A DNA stretch of 64,000 nt from the NCBI GenBank assembly GCA_043228905.1, contig JBHGNT010000009.1, forward strand, positions 7,130,001-7,194,000, read 5' to 3'. How positions within the stretch are numbered: the stretch's first letter is position 1; the number at the start of each line of letters is the position of its first letter. Positions 50,401 to 59,938 of this stretch are shown here, piece after piece. Source of the DNA: Azolla caroliniana. Taxonomy: Eukaryota; Plantae; Polypodiophyta. The notes under the pieces were generated by a model. The model did not search any database. It was not told the origin of the DNA and saw nothing but the letters and a program-made list of their open reading frames with translations. Made by a program: the position numbers and the translations under genes.

Positions 50401-52769
50401 AATATGTCGCCAAGTAGACCTCTAGGACTTAAGATACCTTAGGAAATCTGGACCGGTAGAAAGCCGAATTATGATAAGCTGAGGATCTTCGGTTGTGAGG
50501 CATACGCCCTCATACTGAAAGACGACCGCCGAAAACTCGAACCGGGATCAAGGAAATGCGTTTTCCTCAGGTACGGACCCGACGGCGAGATCGGATACCA
50601 ACTCTGGGACCCCGAGCACAGGCAAATCGTCCGAAGTTCGGACGTCGTGTTCAACGAGTCGACTATGCACAAAACGGCCGAAAGGCCTATTGAAGTCCAA
50701 AGGGTAATATTTTCCGAAGTGCCAACCCTTCATGACGGCCCATCACACAACACGAGACCGACTTCACGGGTAACCGATGTCTCTCGCACCGAATCCACAG
50801 ATTTGGCACAGCCGAATGGCCCGGCTTTCGACCATCCGACATCGACACCTGGTGCGACCAGTCCAGTCATACCTCGAAGATCCGAGAGACTGTCGCAACC
50901 TCCAGAGAGGTACTCTCCCGGAATTTTCTTCACCGACGCCGGCGAACTAATGTCCTACGAAGAAGCATCAGCAGCTGCCGATTCAGCCATCTGGCATCTG
51001 GCAATGGAGTCAGAAATGCACTCCATCCGCGCCAACAAGACTTGGGATCTGGTCAATTTACCGAAGAATCGACGTGCTCTTCGTTGCAAGTGGGTCTATA
51101 GACTAAAGGAGACGTCCGACTCGACCACCCCAAAGTACAAGGCCAGATTAGTTGCGAAGGGATTTCGACAGGAATATGGCGTCGACTTCGACGAAATCTT
51201 TTCACTAGTGGTGAAAATGACAACCCTTCGTTCATGCTCGGTGTTGTGGCTGCCGACAATTTGGAGATGATTCAACTAGATGTGAAAACGGCATTCCTCC
51301 ACGGTGATCTAAAGGAGGAAATCTACATGGAGCAACCGAAAGGCTTTGTGGCCACCAATCAGGAACATCTAGTCTGCCGACTCAGGAAGAGTCTTTACGA
51401 CCTGAAACAAGCACGCCGACAGTGGTACAAGAAGTTCGACGATTTCATCCAGTCGGTCGGCTTCTCCAAGAGCGATGAGGACCACTGCCTCTTCACCAAA
51501 ACAGCTCAAGACGGTTCTCCCGTCTTCCTCATCATCTACGTGGACGACATGCTACTCTCCGGTCGGCATACCGGAGAGCTCACCGAACTCGTTCGGAAAC
51601 TGCAATTGAAGTTTGCCATGAAGGACCTCGGTCCGGCAAGACACATACTCGGAATGAAGATTAGTCGGAATCGCGCCAAAAGACAACTTTTTCTATCTCA
51701 AACCGACTACATCGGACGTGTCTTGGAACGCTTCAACATGCAATCGGCCAAGTCTGCTTCGACCCCGCTCCCTGTTCATCTTCGGCTTTCTCAGCGAGAC
51801 TGCCCGACATCCGGTCCGAAGGGGGAAGACATGAAGTCAGTACCGTATGCACCGACAATAGGCTCTCTGATGTACGCGATGGTCGCGACACGACCTGATA
51901 TTTCTCACGCTGTAGGAGTCATCAGTAGATTTATGCACAATCCCGGCCGACCTCACTGGAACGCAGTCAAGCATGTGTTTAGATACTTAGCAGGCACAAA
52001 AGACCACGACATCCTTTTCGGTCCGAACTCAACTTCAGGCGTAGCCGGTTACACCGACTCAGACTTCGCCGGCTGTGTGGACAGTCGCAAGTCAACAACC
52101 GAATATTGCTTTAAATTCGGCAATGGAGCAATCTCGTGGAAGTCAAAACTTCAGGAGTGCACAACCACCTCAACGACCGAAGCTGAATATGTAGTTGCCT
52201 CCGACGCAGCGAAAGAAGCTTTATGGCTCGGTCGGCTGGCACACACGTTTCGGCAAAGTCGACTCCGACTCGGCTCCAGTTGTCTACAACGATAGTCAGA
52301 GTGTTGTTGCTTTGTCGAAAAATCCGGTTCATCACAACGCCTCCAAGCATATCGAAGTTCGGTATCACTTCGTTCGAGACTGCGTCATTTCCGGGAAAAT
52401 CGGTTTAGAGAAGATATCCACAACCGACAATGTCGTAGATGGAATGACCAAGTGTCTTTCGGCAGACCGGTTCCGGTCTCTTCGGCAACAGATGGGCGTA
52501 ACAACATATCGGTCCGGTTGAAGCCGGACATAGTGCAGGACGGTTACGGACAATAGACATCGGTTCACTGACGATCGGTTCAGCTTTTCCGAACCGACCA
52601 GTTCGGTCTTCTGTCTTCGGATCATGCTGATTCGAACAAGACCAATCCGTCCGAGAACCTATGCCTATACCTGTATTTTTCTTTACATAGCCCATGTATA
52701 CGCCCATTACGGGGGAGTGTCGAATACAAATGTATAATAGATGTATCCACACTATCCTCTTAGAGAGCC

Positions 52770-55700
52770 TGTTGAGAGACAAGCGCAACATCGGTCGGAT
52801 CAGCTGAAGAAGCCAAGGACCGGATCGGTTGGGACCGATCGGTTAGGCCGGTAGGAAAGATATTCCGTGAGGAATATATTTGGGAGTTAGTGTAAGAGCT
52901 CTTAATGAGCATTGAAGTACTGTCAGTACTTCGGTCAGTCCTCCTAGGACTTGTACAAAGTGTTCATTGAACACATATATGTTTGTTGTTGTTTTTTCCT
53001 TTAGAAAAAATATACACATATTCTTTTTGGTGTCTTCTCTCTCACTCTCTCGGTCTCTCCCGTGTATACTGTGTAAGCTCAAGCTCTCCATTAAACCTGA
53101 GTGTTCTACCTTCTGTTCTGTCTTTATACTTGCTTCCGCACGCTACTTTCTACATGGTATCAGAGTGCGAGGGTTGAGAACCTCTCTGCAGCCGACACAG
53201 CTTGACGAAGAAGAACGATGGATAGAGGCATGGCGAGCTCGCTTCCAACAGAGAAGCTCGACAGAACCAACTACGCGTCTTGGTCCTACCAGATGCACCA
53301 GTACCTACTCGGGCACGGCTATTGGAGTTATGTCGAAGGAGCTAATGATGCGGCCCCCGAATCGACAAACAGAGATTTCCCGTCATGGGAGCAATCGGTG
53401 AGCAGGGTATTATACTGCTTCGCGTCGTGTGTGGGTGAACAGCTATTGAGCTATGTTCGGGATGCAAAGACGCCGAACGGTGTGTGGGAAAATCTGAAAA
53501 AGATTTTCGCCGCGAGCACCACAGCCAGGAAACTTCACCTCCGATAGGAGTTGAGCAACCTACGATAACGCGACTTGTCGGTGGCGGACTATACCTCGAA
53601 GATCAAGGATATCTGCGACTCCCTCGCCTCCATAGAGGTGAACATCGAGGAGAGCGAGATAGTCCAGATCTGTCTCGGAGGTTTGGCGTTGATGTTTGGA
53701 GCGTTTCGAATGGCTGTGTACCCGAGAGAATACGCCGTCCTTTTTTGACTTACAGTCAATGCTCCTGGTAGAGGAGAACCACGCGGGTGTGTGTACAAGC
53801 ACGCTGTCGTGAAGGATTTACTTCACGATATAAAAATAAATTTAAATATTGAATTCAATAATATTTCAAACACTTGAACCCACAACCTTATAAACCAAGC
53901 ACAATGTATATACCACTGGGGTAGGCTATTTGTTTTTAGAAAAGTTGTCAAGAATGTGCTTCACTATATAAGAATAAACTTAAATATTGTATTAAGTAAA
54001 ATTGAGGGACTTCAACCCTCAACCTTGTATATCAAGCACAAACCATACCCCACTAAGCTAGGTTATTTGTTTTAGGGTTATATCCATCATTATACTTATC
54101 CCAATACATGGGAGCTCAAATGACCATGATGGCTATCATGCATCACATGCAATGCATGTGCGCCAAATGGCGATCATGCATTAGATGTAACTCATGCATT
54201 ACATGCATGACATTACCATATGCATGGAAATACTTATAAAAAGAGGGGAAAGGAAAACAAAAGGGAATCAATCAATCAAGAGAGAGTGAGAAAATAATAC
54301 AATCAAGTAAAGAAGACTAGCTCATTGGATGGAGAACCTCTCGTTTCGAAGTTGATGTCGTGGGTTCAAATCAAGGGTCGGTAGAGAATGTGTTCAGTTT
54401 GCGATCAAGGATTGTAAAGTTGGTAAAATATTATATTTTTAATATACATCATGTTTATATCATATACTCTTGTTCCTTGATTCATACTTTGTCTCAATCT
54501 TTCTTCTTAAATCATATTTTGTGTCTATCTTGCTTCTTGAATCATATATTGTCTCTATCTTCTATCTATTCTCGTCTCTCTCTCTCTCACACATTACTCG
54601 TAACTCTTCTTCTTGCTACTCTTAACCTTTCTAACATCACCATATAAGACTTATTAAAAGTTAAGTTTCTTCAACTCCCCTTAACCTTAGTCCCCGCGAC
54701 TTCGTCGCACGAACCACAACTACCCCGACAACGCACACCGACAGCAGAATGCTATACACGGAGGGAGATAGGCCTCGTGGACGTGGAGGAAAAGGCGAGT
54801 CGGCGCGCAATGGAGGCGGCCGACGAGATCAAGGAAGAAGGCACCAAACTGATGCCGATAGCAACTCCGGACCCTCCGGAAACAGGGGGAGTTGAAGCGA
54901 TGAGAACCGGCAAGGGAAGGCCATCGTGGAGTGTTGGTACTGTGGCAAGAAAGGCCACAGGGAAAGTGAGTGCTGGAAGAAGTGCGCCGATTCGAAGAGA
55001 ACCGGTTCTGCAAACGGCTCTAGACATACCGACAAGGGAGATCGGCAGCGATCGCACTACGCCGAAGACTCCGGGAGAGCTAGAGAAGGGTCTGCCTTCG
55101 TGACGAGAGACGAAGCAAACTCAATAAAATAGAGCACCCCGAGATCGGACGAGGTGTGGTACGTAGACTCCGGCACGTCAAACCACATGACGAGCCATAA
55201 GGAGTGGTTCTCGTACCTTGAAAAACCGATACAACCTGGAGTAGTCGCAACAGGAGACGACACCTGCATCCGATCGCGAATGTCGGAGAAGTTCCCCTTA
55301 GCCATGTCGGGCAGAAAGGCCACGTCAACCACCAACGGCTTCAAGATCTGCAATCGAAACAGGTAGTGTTCGGATTGCCCAAATTTAGTGGCCGAAAGGC
55401 ACAAATTTGTGAAGCTTGCTAGCTCGGGAAGCAATACCGACTTCCTTTCCCAAACGAATGAAACCGGAGCCGAAACAAGGTCGACCTTATACACTCCGAT
55501 GTATGGGGGCCGACACAAAATATTAGTCTTGGCGGGAGCCGATATTTCGTCTCCTTCATCAACGACCACATGCGGCACACGTGGATCTACCTCATTAGGA
55601 GGAAGAGCGAAGTCTTCGACTGTTTCCGGGACCTCAAAGGGTTCGTGGAAACGGAAACGGGACGAAAGATCAAGTGTCTGCGGTCGGATGGCGGGAAAGA

Positions 55701-58700
55701 GTACTTTTCCGATCAATTCAACGGTTACCTACAACAAATGGGAATTCGCCGCGAATTCAGCTGTAGATACACGCCGGAGCAGAACGGCGTGGCCAAGAGA
55801 AAGAATCGGTCAGTTGTGGAAGCGGCACGGGTAATGCTGGAGGAGAAGAGCTTGCCCAAGTTCTACTGGGCCAAGGCGGTAAGGACCACGGTATACATCC
55901 AGAACCAGATCGGAGACAAGGTGTCGGCGCAGGAGCTATACTTCGGAACGAAGCCGAACTTACGACACTTGAGGGTGTTCGGTAGCATTGCGTATGTGCA
56001 TATACTGAAGGAGAAAAGGAGGAAGCCGAACGCAAAGGCTGAGAAATGCATCTTGGTCAGTTACTCAGACGAGCACAAGGGTTATAAGTGCTATAACCTT
56101 CGCACCAAACAAGCACATGTCAACCGCGACGTTGTGTTTGACAAGTCTGCGTCCTGGTACCTGCCCCCGACTACGAACCCCGACTCCAATCCGAGCTCTC
56201 ACGATGAGGTCAGCGAGGCCGAGATGCCTCCGGATGAGCCCGAAATCGAGACCCGCGAAGAGAGTCTGATTTCACTCCAGTTAAGTGGACTGATGGGATG
56301 GCTAAGTCGGTACGGCCAGTCCGATAAAGAGTCGGCGAGTAGTGGAGACTCGGCCGTGCATTCCCCGCGCAGGAAGCCGAGGAGACAACTTACACGCAAA
56401 GAGAAAAGGAATAAGAAGGTGTCGGATTCCGGCACGGATAGGAACGAGTCTGACTCTGAGGGAACCGGTGATGGGTCTTTAAAAGTGAAGTCCGCGTTGA
56501 TCGAGAAGGCCTCGACATCGGCTAATGCGAAATTACGCTGATCTACCCCCCAGAAGAATCCTATTTTGCGGTTCGGATACAACGAGTACATGGCGCATCA
56601 TTATGCGTACATGACCCGTGTAGCGGAAGTGCGTGAGCCCGAGAGCTACTCAGAAGCGGCTAAAGACACGAATTGGCGTGCCGCAATGGAGGAAGAGATG
56701 CACACATTGGCGGAGAACAAGACCTGGGACCTGGTTGACGCACCAAGAGGGGTAAAACCGATCGGGTGTAGGTGGGTGTACAAAGTCAAGTACAACACCG
56801 ATGGCTCGGTCAACCGGTACAAGGCTCGGCTAGTGGCAAAGGGCTACGCGCAGAAGCACGGCATTGACTACGATGAGACATTTGCGCCGGTCGCGAAAAT
56901 GACGACCGTCCGTGTTTTGCTCACAGTAGCCGCGGCCAAGGGGTGGCACCTACATCAAATGGATGTAAAGAATGCGTTCCTGCAAGGTGACATTGAGGAA
57001 CAAGTGTACATGGTACAACCCCCCGGAACAAACTCCTCAGCAGTATGCCGATTGAAGAAGTCCCTTTATGGACTGAAGCAAGCCCCGCGTGCCTGGAATG
57101 CGAAGATCACGCAACAACTGCGTCGGATGGGCTTCGTCACGTCAACATCGGACTCTTCCCTGTTCATCCGGAAAGGTCGACTCCGACCGGTTAGTATTCT
57201 ACTATATGTCGATGACTTGGTCATCACCGGCGCCGACCTAGGCGAAATCGACCGCGTGAAGCTCGAGCTTGCGGAATCGTTCGACATGAAGGATTTGGGG
57301 GACCTTCATTACTTCCTCGGGATCGAAGTGATCCGTACCCCCGAAGGCATATTGATCAGCCACCGTCATTACGTGTTGGGTATGCTCTTCAAACTCGGGA
57401 TGGCCGACTGTAAGTCCGTCTCGACTCCTCTGGACAGAACCATCAAGCTTCGTCCCGATACGGGAGAGGTATGCGACCCGACTAGGTTCCGACAAATTGT
57501 CGGAAGCCTCATATACTTGACCATCACCCGACCCGACCTCAGTTATCCGGTCAGGGGTGATGAGTCAGGTTATGGCACGACCTACCGAGGTGCACCTTCA
57601 ATGTGCGCAACGCGTACTGCAGTACGTAAGTGGCACTAAGGACCGAGGACTGCTATATCGGACCGGTGCAGCTGCGCAGTTAGTCGGCTACACCGATGCT
57701 GATTGGGCTGGCAACGCCGCCGATCGCCAATCCACGTCTGGATATGCGTTCTCTCGGGAGTGCCGCGATCGCGTGTAGCAGTAAGAAGCAGCAGACAGTT
57801 GCACTATCGAGCACCGAAGCTATGTACCGAGGAGCGGCTGTCGCGACATGCGAAGCCATATGGTTGAAGCGGCTACTTAAGGAACTGCAAGCGGTGGTGT
57901 CAGATCCGACGACGATCTACTACGACAACCTCAGCAACATCCAGCTCGCGAAGAACCCCGTTTTCCACGCACGGACCAAGCACATTGAGGTGCACTACCA
58001 TTTCGTTCGAGAGCGTGTTCTTTCCGGTGAAGTCGAACTTCAGTACGTGCCGACGGATCGGCAGACTGCCGACATCTTCACAAAGCCTCTTGGTCTGGAT
58101 AAGTTGTGGCAATTCTTAGGTGCGCTCGGGTTGCGTCACCTCGATGTGCCTAACTTGAGGGGGAGAACAGTTCCGAACGACCAAGCAAGGCAGCAGGAAA
58201 GGAGCGGGGACCGCGACACCGAGTCGGTTGTCCACAACACCGAGTCGGTTGACCAGTTCGACTTTAGATCGGCTGAAGAAGCCGAGGGCGGACCCGCAGA
58301 AAGGTCCGGAAGCGGACAGAAGGGGAGCAGCCGAAGGAGAGAACCGAAGCCAACCACGCATGGGGGAGATGACGCCATTGAGGGCGAGAAGACTGAAGAC
58401 AAGTTGGAGACAACCAACTCAGACGAGAGCAAAAACCGATCGGAGGTAGCCGAGTCGGTTCGGGTGTTTGATTCAGACACGTTGAATCAACCGAGGCCCA
58501 AGCGGAAGAAAAGGCAACAGAAGAAGTGTCGACACCGCAACAGCAGAAGAGCTGATAAGGGCCACATGAGTAGACAAGCCGACCGGAAGGGTCGAAGCGC
58601 GCGGAGTCGAACAGGTCGAGGAGCGCGAGCGAGGCGTGAAGCCAGGAGGAACCAGAGCTGTGAAGATCCCGAAGAGCCTCAAGTTGAGCTTGAGGGGGTG

Positions 58701-59083
58701 TTGAGAGACAAGCTCAACATCGGCCGGATCGGCTGAAGAAGCTGAGGACCGGATCGGTTGGGACCGATTGGTTAGGCTAGTAGGAAAGATATTCCGTGAG
58801 GAATATATTTGGGAGTTAGTGTAAGAGCTCTTAATGAGGATTGAAGTACTGTCAGTAGTTCGGTCAGTCCTCCTAGGACTTGTACAAAGTGTTCATTGAA
58901 CACATATATGTTTGTTGTTGTTTTTTCCTTTAGAAAAAATATACACATATTCTTTTTGGTGTCTTATCTCTCACTCTCTCGGTCTCTCCCGCGTATACTG
59001 TGTAAGCTCAAGCTCTCCATTAAACCTGAGTGTTCTTCCTTCTGTTCTGTCTTTATACTTGCTTCCGCACGCTACTTTCTACA
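52770..59083 (+). mobile_element. Ty1/copia C2 (Ale-like), full-length but decayed, inserted in the 3' LTR of B2; coding 53218-58736
   Basis: TSD GAGCC (52765-69 / 59084-88). Two 385-bp LTRs (52770-53154, 58699-59083; about 13 differences by eye); PBS TGGTATCAGAG abuts the LTR. gag, CWYCGKKGHRESEC, integrase, RT LYVDDL and RH are present. Confidence 0.92.
53805..54730 (+). mobile_element. Solo LTR (third tRNA-Trp-group-type family) inserted in C2 gag
   Basis: Ends TGTCGTGAAG...CCGACA with TSD ACGC (53801-04 / 54731-34). TATA box at 54235; three tRNA-like modules. Confidence 0.88.
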
Positions 59084-59233
59084 GAGCCCAAGTTCGGGCT
59101 ATTTCTATAAATAATATAAAGGGCAGTTGCCGTATGTGAGTCAATATATAAAGTGACTTTGTAACCTTTTGTTGGTGCGGTGGTTTATTGTTGTAACTGT
59201 TGCCCTTTTATGTATATAGATATATGCTTTGTG

Positions 59234-59267
<34 letters not shown>

Positions 59268-59371
59268 CGTATCTTGTTCTTGACTCTCTCATACGCAGGT
59301 ATTTCTTTCTCATAGATGCATATTGTGTGGTCTATTCCGCACTGACGGCTTTGCTCATTCCCAACAGTGGG

Positions 59372-59938
59372 GGGGGGGCTTGGAGGTGGGGAGGAGGGAG
59401 GGCGAGGGCGAGGCGGTGGCTGGGTGTCGGGTTCATTAGGTGAGTCGTGGTCCCCCTCTAGGTCGATCTCTCGGGGGGGAGAAGCGGGGTGTGGGGGTAG
59501 GAGGTCACGAGCACGAGCCTCATCGAACGTCATGAGTTGATACTCGCGGGAAACGTCGAGGTATAGGGCTAATTCCGGTATGTCGTCAGCCTCGAGGTCA
59601 GTGGGCCAGTTGAACGTAGCGTATTCGATGCTGAATATGTGAGTACGAACCCCAACGTCCCAGGCGGTTTGCCAAGCGCGTAATAGCCAGAGGAAACTGA
59701 AGGGGGTTACGGAGGTCGTTGTGTTTTCCAACAGGGTGCGGGTGAGGGTGTCGGCGATGTGGTGTAAGCACACCAGTGTTGTGAAGAGGTGGGCCAACTA
59801 GTCTTCGGTGACTTGCATCATGACATCAGAAGGGTAGGTGAAATAGATCAGGTCGGAGATGTCTAAGTCGGGGGTGAGGGCGGTGTGAAGGTAGGCTATA
59901 CCTTCGAGGAACAAAATGGGGAGGTGTTGGGGGAAGAG
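59372..59938 (-). pseudogene. Upstream part of the unknown extra ORF
   Basis: Frame open from 59938 to 59372 except one TAG (59800-59798); same C-rich bias. Joins 47497 across the TSD with a 1-nt offset in a G10 run. Confidence 0.55.

Larger units (their letters stand above)
47498..59366 (+). mobile_element. Ty1/copia B2 (Tnt1-like), full-length but decayed; coding 48514-52521
   Basis: TSD GTGGG (47493-97 / 59367-71). 5' LTR 47498-47817; PBS 47820-47831; PPT TTACGGGGGAG 52707-17; 3' LTR 52718-52769 + 59089-59366. RT motif IIYVDDML. Confidence 0.92.
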
